Part shown: positions 44,757 to 55,427 of the stretch, piece by piece
How the letters are laid out: each line of letters begins with the position of its first letter
How positions within the stretch are numbered: position 1 is the first letter of the stretch
The notes under the pieces: model-generated
Told to the model about the DNA's origin: nothing
Databases searched by the model: none
Seen by the model: the letters and a program-made list of their open reading frames with translations, nothing else
Position numbers and translations under genes: made by a program
Source: an uncultured Haloferula sp.
GTDB lineage: Bacteria; Verrucomicrobiota; Verrucomicrobiia; Verrucomicrobiales; Akkermansiaceae
Direction of reading: 5' to 3'
NCBI GenBank assembly: GCA_965652295.1
Contig: CBFGTS010000002.1
Span: 288,001 to 352,000 of the forward strand
Length of the DNA stretch: 64,000 nt

Positions 44757-46094
44757 ATGTCCACGAACCCAACCCTCGGCAGCAAAGCCTATTTTCCGAA
44801 CATCGACCGGATCGCCTATGAAGGTCCGGAGAGCACCAATCCGCTCGCATTCCGTCACTACGACGCCGACCGCATGGTCATGGGCCGGCGGTTGGAGGAC
44901 TGGATGCGTTTCGCCGTCGCCTATTGGCACAGCCTGTGTGGCAACGGCGGCGATCCCTTCGGTGCGCCGACCCGCCCGATGCCGTGGCTGGAGGCCACGG
45001 ATCCCGTGCAGCGTGCCAAGGACAAGGCGGACGCCGCCTTCGAGTTCATCACCAAGCTCGGCGTACCTTACTATTGCTTTCACGACACCGACCTGATCGA
45101 CGAGGCCGGCACCACCCTGGCCGGGTTCGAGGAGCGGATGGCGGCCATCGTCCCCTACCTCAAGGAAAAGCAGGAGGCCTCCGGCGTGAAGCTCCTGTGG
45201 GGCACCGCGAATCTCTTCAGCAACCCGCGCTTCATGAACGGCGCTTCGACCAATCCCGAATTCGGCATCCTCGCCCGCGCCGGCGGCCAGCTCAAGGGAG
45301 CGATCGATGCCACCATCGCCCTCAACGGCGAAGGTTACGTCTTCTGGGGCGGCCGCGAGGGCTACCTTTCGCTGCTCAACACCGACATGAAGCGCGAGCG
45401 CGAGCACTTCGCCCGCTTCCTCACCATCGCCCGCGATTACGCCCGCGCCCAGGGATTCACCGGAAAGTTCTTCATCGAGCCGAAGCCCTGTGAACCCACC
45501 AAGCACCAGTACGACTACGATGCGGCAACGGTGCTCGGCTTCCTTCGCGAGTTCGACTTGTTGGACGACTTCGCGCTGAACATCGAGGTCAACCACGCCA
45601 CCCTGGCCGGCCACACCTTCCCCCACGAGCTTCAGGTTTCGGCCGATGCCGGACTGCTCGGCAGCGTCGACGCCAACCGGGGCGATGCCCAGAACGGCTG
45701 GGACACCGACCAGTTCCCGATCGACCCGATCGAACTCGCCGAGGCGATGATGGTCATCTTCCAAGCCGGCGGTTTCACCCACGGCGGCATCAACTTCGAC
45801 GCCAAGATCCGCCGCAACTCGACCGATCTCGACGACCTCTTCATCGCCCACATCGCGGGCATGGACGCCTTCGCCCGCGGTGCGATCGCCGCCGAGCGGA
45901 TTCTGACGCAGTCGGAGATCCCGGGGCTGAAGAAAGGTCGCTATGCCTCGTTCGACGAAGGTGAGGGCAAAGCCTACGAACAGGGTCAGCTCACGCTCCA
46001 AGACCTGCATCGCATCGCCCACGCCCAGGGCGAAATCGAAGCCGCCAGCGGCAAGCAGGAACTCTACGAGAGCATCCTGCTGCGTCACATCTGA
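44757..46094 (+). CDS. xylA: Xylose isomerase (class II)
   Basis: RFAVAYWHS, FHDTD, LWGTANLF, FWGGREGY, IEPKPCEPTKHQYD, NIEVNHA, GWDTDQF and NFDAK. Confidence 0.97.
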   Translation: MSTNPTLGSKAYFPNIDRIAYEGPESTNPLAFRHYDADRMVMGRRLEDWMRFAVAYWHSLCGNGGDPFGAPTRPMPWLEATDPVQRAKDKADAAFEFITKLGVPYYCFHDTDLIDEAGTTLAGFEERMAAIVPYLKEKQEASGVKLLWGTANLFSNPRFMNGASTNPEFGILARAGGQLKGAIDATIALNGEGYVFWGGREGYLSLLNTDMKREREHFARFLTIARDYARAQGFTGKFFIEPKPCEPTKHQYDYDAATVLGFLREFDLLDDFALNIEVNHATLAGHTFPHELQVSADAGLLGSVDANRGDAQNGWDTDQFPIDPIELAEAMMVIFQAGGFTHGGINFDAKIRRNSTDLDDLFIAHIAGMDAFARGAIAAERILTQSEIPGLKKGRYASFDEGEGKAYEQGQLTLQDLHRIAHAQGEIEAASGKQELYESILLRHI

Positions 46095-46112
46095 GGTTTC
46101 AAAGAAGTTTGC

Positions 46113-46220
46113 GGGGAGCGCCGGCTTCGAGCCGGTAGCATCCGGCACCCCGCCGGGTGCTTCTGAAGAAGAGGGTTCCGCAGGATGCGAAACCCGGCCG
46201 GCAAGATGCCGGCGCTCCCC
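46113..46220. repeat. Inverted REP-like doublet downstream of xylA
   Basis: GGGGAGCGCCGGCTTCGAGCCGG ... CCGGCAAGATGCCGGCGCTCCCC: 13-bp perfect terminal inverted arms, each carrying its own hairpin. Confidence 0.65.
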
Positions 46221-46313
46221 CGCCCTCCCCCCCAACCGTGACGTCCCGGATTTTCCTCACCGAAATGGGTGAGTTGGACGAGGACGGCTTTCCGCGCTTA
46301 GCTCGGGGTCGTC

Positions 46314-47279
46314 ATGATCCGTCTCGTCCTCTGCCTGCTTCTCGCCCATCCCGCTGCCGCCGCAGATCTACTCCTTTTGTCGTACTTCCGCGGCAATGGT
46401 GAGACCGGCGTCTATCTGGCGGCCAGTCCGGACGGTCATCAATTCACTGCGCTGAACGACGACCAACCGGTCTTCATCCCGCCCCGGTGGCCCGACCAGT
46501 CGTTGACCCGGGACCCCTCGATCGTCTTCCACGACGGCACCTTCCACATGGTGTGGACCAGCAACTGGAAAGGCCGCGTCTTTGGCTACGCCAGCTCGCC
46601 CGATCTGAAGCAATGGTCCGAGCCGCTGATGGTGCGGCCGTTTCCCGCATCGCTTCCGGAAGAAGACCAGCCGGTCAACGTCTGGGCTCCGGAGATCCAC
46701 CGCGATCCCGTCCATGACGATTTCTTCATCCTCTTCTCCTCCACCACGCCCCGCGAACTGAAGGACGGTGACTCGATCGTCGCCCACAACCTCGACCACC
46801 GCAGCTACATCACCCGCACCAAGGACGGGAAAAATTTCTCCGACGCCCGGCTGTTCTTCGACCCCGGGTTCAGCGTGATCGATCCCGTGATGCAGCTCCA
46901 CGGCGACCGCTGGGCGATGGTTTTCAAACACGAGCTGCAACCCGGGAACGGCGGCAAGAACCTGCGACTGACGTTTGTCCCCAAGGATTTCGAGAGCCCG
47001 TTTCCTCCGAAGATCGAGCCCCCCTTCACTCCCATCCTCGGACCCGGCTCGGAGATCCGCCCCAATGAACAGGTCGAAGGACCCAGCCTGCTGCGTCACA
47101 ATGGACGCTGGTGGCTGTACTGCGACGCCTTCCGCAATCATCACTACACCCTGATCACTTCGCCCGACTTGCAGACCTGGTCGGATGAAACCGACCAGCT
47201 GGAGATGCCCGAAGACCTCCGTCACGGCACCGTTTTCCTCGCGCCTGAAGCCCGTGTCGCCTGGGCCGATGAACCCTGA
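46314..47279 (+). CDS. Secreted GH43-like five-bladed beta-propeller glycosidase
   Basis: Signal peptide; TRDPSI, FHMVWT, VWAPE, SVIDP, VEGPS and RHGTV. Confidence 0.8.
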   Translation: MIRLVLCLLLAHPAAAADLLLLSYFRGNGETGVYLAASPDGHQFTALNDDQPVFIPPRWPDQSLTRDPSIVFHDGTFHMVWTSNWKGRVFGYASSPDLKQWSEPLMVRPFPASLPEEDQPVNVWAPEIHRDPVHDDFFILFSSTTPRELKDGDSIVAHNLDHRSYITRTKDGKNFSDARLFFDPGFSVIDPVMQLHGDRWAMVFKHELQPGNGGKNLRLTFVPKDFESPFPPKIEPPFTPILGPGSEIRPNEQVEGPSLLRHNGRWWLYCDAFRNHHYTLITSPDLQTWSDETDQLEMPEDLRHGTVFLAPEARVAWADEP

Positions 47280-47305
47280 CCGCCAACCAACCTTCTTCCA
47301 TCCCT

Positions 47306-48190
47306 ATGAAACCCTCCATCCTCGTTCCTCTCATCGCCGCCGTACTGGTGCCCATCGCGTCCGCCCAAGGCATCGCCAAGCCCAAGCTGGAGCCGGACGA
47401 CATTCCGCGGGAAACCCAGACCGGCAAAGGGCCGGGCCGCTATGTGCCGCCGGTTCCGGCCAGGAAGAAACTCCCGACCCTGTGGCTGATCGGAGACTCG
47501 ACCGTGCGCAACGGCTCATCGGGCGACAACGGTCCCGAGGGGCAATGGGGCTGGGGCGCACCGATCGCCGCCTACTTCGACCTGAAGGAGGTCAATCTGG
47601 TCAACCGTGCACTCGGCGGGACGAGCAGCCGGAGCTTTTACAAGGACCTGTGGCAGGACATGAAACCGCTGATCAAGAAAGGCGATTTCGTGATGATCCA
47701 GTTCGGCGCGAATGACCATGGCGGCGCCAAAGGCAAAGGCGGCCTGAGGGGCACCGGGGAGGAAACCGAAATGAACGGTGACGAGACCGTGCACACCTTC
47801 GGATGGTATCTCCGGAGATATATCGAGGAAACCCGCAAACAGGGTGCGACACCCATCCTATGCTCGCTGACCCCGCGCAAGGGCTGGACCGAAGACGGCG
47901 AATTCAAGCGTGGTGGAGGTCATGCCGAATGGGCAGAGCAGGTCGCTGAGCAGACCGACACGCTCTTCGTGCCGCTGAATGAGATCATCGGCGCACGCTA
48001 TGAGAAGCTTCGCGAGCGGAAGGTGGACAAGCTCTACGTTCCCTCGCCGAAGGAAAACCTGCATACCGGTTGGGACGGTGCGGTGGTCAATGCCGAGTGC
48101 GTGATCGCCGGGCTGAAAGCCCTGCCGCAGAACCCCCTGGAGGAGTTCTACAGCAAACGCGCCAGCGCGATCAAAGCCTGGAAGCCGTGA
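47306..48190 (+). CDS. Rhamnogalacturonan acetylesterase-like SGNH esterase (CE12)
   Basis: LIGDSTV, GWG, NRALGGTSSRSF, IQFGAND and ENLHT..GA. Confidence 0.85.
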   Translation: MKPSILVPLIAAVLVPIASAQGIAKPKLEPDDIPRETQTGKGPGRYVPPVPARKKLPTLWLIGDSTVRNGSSGDNGPEGQWGWGAPIAAYFDLKEVNLVNRALGGTSSRSFYKDLWQDMKPLIKKGDFVMIQFGANDHGGAKGKGGLRGTGEETEMNGDETVHTFGWYLRRYIEETRKQGATPILCSLTPRKGWTEDGEFKRGGGHAEWAEQVAEQTDTLFVPLNEIIGARYEKLRERKVDKLYVPSPKENLHTGWDGAVVNAECVIAGLKALPQNPLEEFYSKRASAIKAWKP

Positions 48191-48221
48191 TCCGCACCGG
48201 GGTCGGTCCCACACGGGCCTT

Positions 48222-50099
48222 TCACCCTCCGATGTCCGCGAGGAAGGCGTCGTAGGAGGTGTAGCGATCAAGCTTCGACTCCGCCGCCTTGCAGGTTTCC
48301 GGCGCGACGATCCCGGTGGTTTCACACAGGAAAATGATATAGCGGGCGACGTTTGCCGCGAAGTTCAGCCGGCCTTCCGGACTGATCGAATAGAACCGCT
48401 CGCGCTGCCGGTAGCCTGCCGGCGAGTGATCGCCCAAGGCCGATTTCTCCGCCCTTCCTTCCGCGGCGAGGACATAGAGGAAGTTGTATTCGAACCAGAA
48501 CATCGATTCCGGGTCCGGTGCCAAGCCGCCCAGCGCTTCGCGCACACGGCCTTCGGAACCGAACAGATCCTCCGGCTTTTCCACGCCCGCGGTCTTGAAG
48601 GACTCGCTGATGAAGGTCCGCGCCATCGAACGTTCGGTCTCGCTTTCCGCAAACGCTCCGGCCACCGCGAGCTCCAGCGTGAAGGCATACCAGTCCCGCC
48701 ACAGAGCCTGATCGCCGGCATCCTTCGAGGCGAAGAGTGCCCTGCCCATCTCGTAGGTGTAGCGGCCGCTGGTCTTGATTTCCAGACGTCCGCCGGTCAC
48801 CTCGCCCATCACCCGGTAATTTTCCGCGGACTTCCCGGACCCTGAGTGGAAACCGATGCTGACGCCGAAGGCCCGGCACACGTCCCACTGGCGGGCGATC
48901 ATCGTACGCAGCCCGCCATTGTCCGGATACGGCATGTTCTTTTGGAAACCGAAGGCGGGTGCGATGAAATTCACCGGCATGTCCATGGCCTCACACAACG
49001 CCAGCATGATGCCCGTCGTCCCGGCGGTTGTGAGTCCCGGCAGCTCATCGATCGAGAGCTCCCGCAGATAGCCGCAGCCGACTTCGGTGGTGAAGTGCTT
49101 TTCACGGATCGCACGGTATTTCCCATCGCGGATCTTCATCTTCTTCATCGAGGGCCACACCCGGCACAGCAGCTCGTTGAACTCCGCCTCGTTCAGCGAA
49201 AGCCCGGCCTCCGCGACCCGGGTCTTCACCTTTGCCACCAGAGCGGAGTCGATCTCCTCAGAAACGTAGGAGGCCCGGGCCTCGGCCCCTTCAGGCAACT
49301 GGGTGACCGTAAGTTCCGGTGAGAGATCGAAAGTGATGTAGGACGCCAGCAGGCAGCCTTGCACCAGCTGGTCCTCCCGCTCGTCATACCACCCACCGAT
49401 CGGCTGGTGATCGGCATTGAAGCTCCAGGCGATCTTCCGGTGATGGAATCCGTTCTTCAGTTTCGCCAGCACGCAGCCGTGGCTCATGCCTTCGACACTC
49501 TGACCCTGATGCCCCTCCGGCACGTCGGTGCCGATGAAGGGAAACGGCACCTTGGCGAGCTTGTCGGCGAGCATCGCCTCCACATCGAACACCAGCTCGC
49601 GCGGGATGCTGTTCTGGTTCGCCGTCACCCCGACGCCGAGCTGCGCCATGGTCCAATCGACACCGGGCCAGTGAAGGGTCGTGAAACGCGCGCCGACGCC
49701 GATCGTCGATTCCCCCAAACGTTGATTCGCGGTGGGAAACACGGTCGCCTCCGCATCGTGTTCCTGAATCGCGTTCTTCATTTCCAACAGGTGCTGGAAA
49801 CTCGCCGGGAACGCAATGCGGCCGTCCGCCAGGGTGGTCGAATCGCCCGAAAGCGCATCAATTCCCTTTCCTCCCGCAGTCGGCGTCAGCACCCAGGCGT
49901 GATCGCCCTTGGCGTTCTCCACGATCTGCCACTCGCCATCGGCGGTCGGCACCGTGCTGCGCGGATACCCGGTGATGCCCGTGCCTTTGGCGAGGTCCGC
50001 GGCCAGCCCCTGCCAATCCAGGCAGAAGTCGGGGCTGACACAGGGGTTACTGGCAATGCGGAGGTCGTTGGCGAGGAGGAAATCGTTGATGGCGCTCAT
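48222..50099 (-). CDS. Tagaturonate/fructuronate epimerase (UxaE)-like protein, long form
   Basis: GVGARF, NQNSIPRE, NADH, ELSIDE, FIAP, HSGSGK and KTSGRYTYE parallel the UxaE motifs (GxGDR, QQS.RE, DADH, EVSVDE, HSGSDK, KTAG). The start is ATG 50099 or TTG 50138. Confidence 0.65.
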   Translation of the reverse strand: MSAINDFLLANDLRIASNPCVSPDFCLDWQGLAADLAKGTGITGYPRSTVPTADGEWQIVENAKGDHAWVLTPTAGGKGIDALSGDSTTLADGRIAFPASFQHLLEMKNAIQEHDAEATVFPTANQRLGESTIGVGARFTTLHWPGVDWTMAQLGVGVTANQNSIPRELVFDVEAMLADKLAKVPFPFIGTDVPEGHQGQSVEGMSHGCVLAKLKNGFHHRKIAWSFNADHQPIGGWYDEREDQLVQGCLLASYITFDLSPELTVTQLPEGAEARASYVSEEIDSALVAKVKTRVAEAGLSLNEAEFNELLCRVWPSMKKMKIRDGKYRAIREKHFTTEVGCGYLRELSIDELPGLTTAGTTGIMLALCEAMDMPVNFIAPAFGFQKNMPYPDNGGLRTMIARQWDVCRAFGVSIGFHSGSGKSAENYRVMGEVTGGRLEIKTSGRYTYEMGRALFASKDAGDQALWRDWYAFTLELAVAGAFAESETERSMARTFISESFKTAGVEKPEDLFGSEGRVREALGGLAPDPESMFWFEYNFLYVLAAEGRAEKSALGDHSPAGYRQRERFYSISPEGRLNFAANVARYIIFLCETTGIVAPETCKAAESKLDRYTSYDAFLADIGG

Positions 50100-50175
50100 G
50101 GCTTGCGGCAACTCTGACCACTCGAAGCTGTCCGACAAGTCCCCTGAAGCGACTAGTTTGTCCTAATCGGGAAAA

Positions 50176-52569
50176 TCAGTCTTCCGGGCGCATCAGCCTT
50201 ACTTCAAAGATCCCGCCTGCGACCCATTTCGTGGCCTCGAAGCGGACCTTCAGCCCGCCGTCCTTGGCCTTCGCAAGCACCGCAGAGGGAATCGGATAGC
50301 GTCGCGTGATGAACTCGCCGGGTCTTTCCGCATCCAGCGAGACCTGTGCGATCCGCTCCTCGTTGGCGAAAATGTCAAAAGCGCGGTCGCGGTCGCCGCC
50401 CCAGTAGGTGATCGCCAGCTCGGCCTCGCCCGCGCCCTGCGTCTTGAGCGTGTATTGAAATGACTTACCATCGCGCCAACGCCGTCCTCGGTGCTCGCCG
50501 GTGCTGCTCTCCGTCGCCTTGAATCCGTGCTCAACCTCCGGCTGCTGCTCGCCCACGGCCACCCAGTCGAGCGTCCTCTCCTCGAGTGCCTTACGCGCCT
50601 TCTCCTCTGCGGCCAGTTCCTGCTGGCGCTTCTCCAGTTCATCCTCGGGAACAAGGCTCCAATACATCTGATAGCGCTGGTCGTGCAGGCTGAAGAACGG
50701 CACCAGCGGCTGACCACCCTCCACCGGTGGACTGACCACATCGACGATCCGGAAGTGCAGCGGCTCCCCATCTGGATCCGCCTTCACGTACTGCGGCAGC
50801 TGGTCGGCGGTGGTCACCAGCGAGGGCACCTGATCGAGCGGGACCAACGGCCCGCCCGCGATATGATCTCCCCTTCCGGTGCCGGCACGAAGACCTACGA
50901 GGTCCTTCGTACCGCAGGGTGCCGCCATCACGATCGGACCGTGCAGGATCGCGTGCCAGTCCGACCCGTCCGGAAGCGGCTCGGCGCGGGTTTTCATCGG
51001 CAGCGTCAGCTCGATGGTATCGCCGGATTTCCACTCGCGCCGCACGCTGAGATATGTGCCGGGCTCCGATTCCCCATCGACCGCCTCGCCATTCACCTTC
51101 ACCGCGAAGCCCCCGCCCGCCCAACGGGGATGCCGCAGGTGGATCGTGAATTTCTTCGGTTCGGGCAGATCCACCGTCAATCGACTGGATTCCTCGTAGG
51201 GAAAACCGGTCTCCTGCCGGAGCGTCAGCCCCTGGGCCGAGGTCTTCAGCTCCGAGGCGATGAAGAGATTCACGAACACGCCATCCTGAGCCCGGGCGTA
51301 GACGAACTGCCCGTATTTTCCGGGATTTTCCATGCCGCTCCCGACGCAGCACCAGAATGCCTTCTCGGGCTCCGAATAGACGCGGTAGTGAGCCGGACGA
51401 AGAGGGGTGAAATAGACATAGCCCGGGTCATGCGGATGGATGACCGAGAGGATGTGATTGAACAGCGCACGCTCGTAGTAATCGGCGTACTCCGGCTTCG
51501 GTTCGTCCTCGAAGAGCTGCTCGGTGAGGCGCAGCATGTTGTAGGTATTGCAGCTTTCCGGGCCTTCGCGGTGTTCCAGCACCCTGCGGAAATCATGCAC
51601 GTCATTGAAGTGCTCCGAAACGCTGTTTCCGCCGAAGGCGACCGAGCGGTCGCGCGTGACCGTCTGCCAGAAGAACTCGGCACCGCCGTGCGCCGCCTCA
51701 TCGCCGGAGAGCGCGGCGATCCGCTGGAGGCCGATCACCTTGGGGATCTGCGTGTTGGCATGCTTCCCTGTGAGTTCATCACGCTCCGCCACGAGAGGAT
51801 CGAGGATCGCGTGATGGTTGAAGCGCTTCGCCAGAGCGAGAAACTTGTCGTTTCCCGTGATGGCATGAATGTCAGCCAGCACCTCGTTCATCCCGCCGTG
51901 CTCGGACCGGAGCATGTCCTGGAGTTGCGCGTCGGACAGGCCAGAAACGAGATCCTCCACCCATTCGCCGTAATCCACCAGCAGGGTCTTCGCCTTTTCC
52001 CGCCCCGCCATCAGGTAGGCATCGCGCAGTCCGGCAAAGGTCTTGTGAAGGTTGTACCAGGGTACCCACTTGTCATTGAGACCGAATCCGTGGGCGTTGA
52101 TTTTTCCCGCCGCGATGTCCTTCCACAGCTGCTTGCTGCCCGGCACCCCGCCCAGATAGCCATCGCCGTTCTTCTTCTGGACGCGCTCGAGTTCGTCGAG
52201 CATGTGGTCGAGCCGTTTGGCCAGCTTTCCGTCCGGCGTGTCCGCACCAGAGGCCACCATCATGGCAAGCGCCGAGAGGTAATGGCCGGCCGTGTGACCA
52301 TCCAGGCCCATGCTCTCCCAGTTGTCGTAGGGCGGTTTCTCCGTCTTCAGTCCGGCCTCGCGCAGGAACGGAGCCAGCAAGCGGTCGGGATCGTGGGCAA
52401 GAAGGTAGCTCCGGTTCGCCTCCACCGCTGCGGTGAAAGGTCCATGACCCGTGAGCCGCACCGCCGAGAGCGGGAACAGCTTCGCTTCGGCTGGCTCGGG
52501 CGGAGCCGCAGCGAGAACCTGCGTGAGGGACAGTGCGGCTAGAACGGGCAGAAAACACGATTGCTTCAT
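50176..52569 (-). CDS. Secreted beta-L-arabinofuranosidase-like glycosidase (GH146/GH127) with C-terminal accessory domain
   Basis: DPDRLL, GHTAGHYLSA, PWYNLHK, EHGGMNE, HANTQIPK, ESCNTYNM and FWCCVGSGMEN. Confidence 0.88.
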   Translation of the reverse strand: MKQSCFLPVLAALSLTQVLAAAPPEPAEAKLFPLSAVRLTGHGPFTAAVEANRSYLLAHDPDRLLAPFLREAGLKTEKPPYDNWESMGLDGHTAGHYLSALAMMVASGADTPDGKLAKRLDHMLDELERVQKKNGDGYLGGVPGSKQLWKDIAAGKINAHGFGLNDKWVPWYNLHKTFAGLRDAYLMAGREKAKTLLVDYGEWVEDLVSGLSDAQLQDMLRSEHGGMNEVLADIHAITGNDKFLALAKRFNHHAILDPLVAERDELTGKHANTQIPKVIGLQRIAALSGDEAAHGGAEFFWQTVTRDRSVAFGGNSVSEHFNDVHDFRRVLEHREGPESCNTYNMLRLTEQLFEDEPKPEYADYYERALFNHILSVIHPHDPGYVYFTPLRPAHYRVYSEPEKAFWCCVGSGMENPGKYGQFVYARAQDGVFVNLFIASELKTSAQGLTLRQETGFPYEESSRLTVDLPEPKKFTIHLRHPRWAGGGFAVKVNGEAVDGESEPGTYLSVRREWKSGDTIELTLPMKTRAEPLPDGSDWHAILHGPIVMAAPCGTKDLVGLRAGTGRGDHIAGGPLVPLDQVPSLVTTADQLPQYVKADPDGEPLHFRIVDVVSPPVEGGQPLVPFFSLHDQRYQMYWSLVPEDELEKRQQELAAEEKARKALEERTLDWVAVGEQQPEVEHGFKATESSTGEHRGRRWRDGKSFQYTLKTQGAGEAELAITYWGGDRDRAFDIFANEERIAQVSLDAERPGEFITRRYPIPSAVLAKAKDGGLKVRFEATKWVAGGIFEVRLMRPED

Positions 52570-52681
52570 GATCAGGAAACGGTTCATTCGACCTCGGCTT
52601 GTCACGCCTTGCAACCGAAACCCGATCCGCGTTTGTCACCTTGCCGCTGCGGCCGATTCACCACCCGATTCCTTCACCACC

Positions 52682-55414
52682 ATGATCCCACGAGGCAAAG
52701 CACTTCTTCTCTCGGCTGCCTTGAGTTTCCCCGGTGCTTCCGCACCAGCGCAGGACGTCAACCTCGCCCTCGTCGCAAGCCCGTCAGCCTCTGCGGTTTC
52801 CGGCGACACTTCGGTGGGATCCCTCAATGACGGCAATTCCCCCGCCAACTCGCTTGAGCGGGGAACCGGCTCCTACGGCAATTGGCCCCATACCGGAACC
52901 CAGTGGGTGCAATACGATTGGACCCAGCCGGTCAGCACCGGGCGGATCGAGGTCTACTGGTGGGACGACCACCAGGGCGTCCGCCTGCCCGCGGCCTGCC
53001 GGGTCAAGTTCTGGGATGGCGATTCGTTCGTCGAAGTCGAAAACATCGGACACGCTTTGGTGAAGGCCGATCAATTCAACACGCTCACCTTCAAGCCCGT
53101 CACCACCTCGAAGCTGCGCCTCGAAATGGATGGCAACGGGACCTTTTCCACCGGGATTCTGGAGTGGCGGGTCATCGACAACGGCGACTCTCCGGCATTC
53201 CCCCCGACGATCGAGGCCGGCATCGATCGTGTCGTCATGCTCGATGGAAAAACCTACCTTCTCGGCATGGCCAAGGCGCTCAAGAATGCCGGCGCGATGA
53301 AGCTGACCTGGGCCAGGCAGAGCGGCCCCGGCGAAGTGACCTTCGCCGATCCCCACGCCGCCGAGACCACCGCGACCTTCACGCAGCTCGGCGACTACAC
53401 GCTCTCGCTCACGGGCGAAATCCAGGGCATGGAATCCAGCGATTCCCTCACCGTTTCCGTCCTCTCCCCGCCCGCGGAACAACGCCTCGATGTGGTTTAC
53501 ACCACCCCTTATCAGATCGACAACCCGCTCTGGAACGGCCGGGCGAAGGCCCTCATCGCGAGCTGGATCCCCCACTGCATCGACGTCATCGAGGATCGTT
53601 CGCTGAACACCGGCGGCATCGACAACTTCGAGGAAGCCGCCAAGGCCCTGCGGGGTGAGCCTCATCAAGGCCACAAGGGCTACGTTTTCGCCAACGCCTG
53701 GGTCCTGCAGACCATCGAATCGATGTGCATCGCGTTGATGGTCGACGCCCGGGGAGACCGGGAAATGCTCGCCGCGCAGGAGCGCTTCCGCAAGACGTTG
53801 GAAAACTGGATTCCAACCATCATCGCCGCGCAGGAGCCCGATGGCTACCTCCAGACCGCCTACACCCTGGCCGACCGCAGCCAGTGGCCGGAACGCTGGA
53901 ACCCCGCCAACCGCGAGAACCACGAAGGCTACATCGCCGGCTACTTCATCGAGTCCGCGATCAATCACTACATGCTCACCCAAGGCAGCGACACCCGGCT
54001 CTACGACGCCGCGAAGGAGCTCGCCGATTGCTGGGTGGCGAACATCGGCCCGGAACCCGGAAAGAAGGCCTGGTACGACGAGCATCAGCAGATGGAACAG
54101 GCGCTGGTGCGCTTCGGCCGCTTCGTCAACGACATGGAAGGCGGCGGCAAGGGCGACGCCTACATCCGGCTCGCCCGGTTCCTGCTCGATCAACGCGGCG
54201 GCGGTCACGAATACGACCAGAGCCACCTGCCCGTGCAGCAGCAATACGAAGCCGTCGGCCACGCCGTACGGGCGTCCTACACCTATTCCGGCATGGCCGA
54301 CATCGCCGCGGAGACGGGCGATTCCGACTACGAAAGCGCGGTCATGTCCCTGTGGGACAACATCGTGAATCGGAAGTACTACGTCACCGGTGGCATCGGC
54401 AGCGGCGAGACCTCCGAGGGCTTCGGGCCGGACTATTCGCTGCGCCATCACGCCTACTGTGAGTCCTGCTCCAGTGCCGGGATGATCTTTTTCCAATACA
54501 AACTCAACCTCGCCTACCACGACGCGAGATTCGTCAACCTCTACGAGGAAACGATGTACAACGCGCTGCTCGGCTCGATCGACCTCCCGGGCGAGAACTT
54601 CTACTACCAGAACCCGCTCATCACCCACAGCGCCCGTTACCCCTGGCACGGCTGTCCCTGCTGCGTCGGCAACATCCCCCGCACGCTGCTGATGGTGCCG
54701 ACCTGGACCTACGTGAAGGGCGAGGAGGGCCTCTACGTGAACCTCTTCATCGGCAGCACCATCCAGGTCGGCGAAGTCGCCGGGACCGAGGTCGAAATGG
54801 TGCAGGAAACCGACTATCCGTGGGATGGAAAGATCGCGGTGACCGTCAATCCCGCCGAGAACACGAAATTCGCCCTCAGGATCCGCGTTCCGCGGCGCGA
54901 TGTCAGCGAGCTTTATTCGGCCGATCCTGAAGCCGATGGCATCCAATCGATGACTCTGAATGGCCAGCCGATCGAGCCGAAGATCGAGAAAGGCTACGCC
55001 GTGATCCTCCGCGAGTGGAAAAAGGGCGACCTCGTGGAGTTCGAGGTGCCCATGAAGCCGCAGATCGTGAAGGGCAGCGACAAGATCGCCGCCACCAAGG
55101 GCCAGGTCGCCCTCCGCTACGGCCCGCTCGTTTACTGCGTTGAACGCGCGGATCAGAACATCGCGCGCGCCATCGATACCAGCGCCCCGCTGACCATGGA
55201 GTGGAAGCCTGACCTTCTCGGCGGGGTGAAGGTGATGCGCGGCCAATGGACGGATGGCAGGGATCTACTGGCGATCCCTTACTACGCCCGCGCCAACCGC
55301 GACGGCACCAAGGGAGATGGAAGCTTCGGGGGGCCCGGAGCCACCGGCGGCGGCGACGGTGCCAGGCGGCAGGAAGGGCCCAGTTCGACGGTGTGGATCA
55401 AGGCCAAGCCCTGA
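52682..55414 (+). CDS. Secreted GH127 glycosidase with N-terminal discoidin-like and PKD-like domains
   Basis: Signal peptide; DVNLAL..QWVQYDW (F5/8-like), SGPGEVTFADP (PKD-like), QEPDGYL, HEGY, AVGHAVRA, TGGIGS, ESC, CPCC and YGPLVYC.E. Confidence 0.85.
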   Translation: MIPRGKALLLSAALSFPGASAPAQDVNLALVASPSASAVSGDTSVGSLNDGNSPANSLERGTGSYGNWPHTGTQWVQYDWTQPVSTGRIEVYWWDDHQGVRLPAACRVKFWDGDSFVEVENIGHALVKADQFNTLTFKPVTTSKLRLEMDGNGTFSTGILEWRVIDNGDSPAFPPTIEAGIDRVVMLDGKTYLLGMAKALKNAGAMKLTWARQSGPGEVTFADPHAAETTATFTQLGDYTLSLTGEIQGMESSDSLTVSVLSPPAEQRLDVVYTTPYQIDNPLWNGRAKALIASWIPHCIDVIEDRSLNTGGIDNFEEAAKALRGEPHQGHKGYVFANAWVLQTIESMCIALMVDARGDREMLAAQERFRKTLENWIPTIIAAQEPDGYLQTAYTLADRSQWPERWNPANRENHEGYIAGYFIESAINHYMLTQGSDTRLYDAAKELADCWVANIGPEPGKKAWYDEHQQMEQALVRFGRFVNDMEGGGKGDAYIRLARFLLDQRGGGHEYDQSHLPVQQQYEAVGHAVRASYTYSGMADIAAETGDSDYESAVMSLWDNIVNRKYYVTGGIGSGETSEGFGPDYSLRHHAYCESCSSAGMIFFQYKLNLAYHDARFVNLYEETMYNALLGSIDLPGENFYYQNPLITHSARYPWHGCPCCVGNIPRTLLMVPTWTYVKGEEGLYVNLFIGSTIQVGEVAGTEVEMVQETDYPWDGKIAVTVNPAENTKFALRIRVPRRDVSELYSADPEADGIQSMTLNGQPIEPKIEKGYAVILREWKKGDLVEFEVPMKPQIVKGSDKIAATKGQVALRYGPLVYCVERADQNIARAIDTSAPLTMEWKPDLLGGVKVMRGQWTDGRDLLAIPYYARANRDGTKGDGSFGGPGATGGGDGARRQEGPSSTVWIKAKP

Positions 55415-55427
55415 ATTCCGATCTCCC

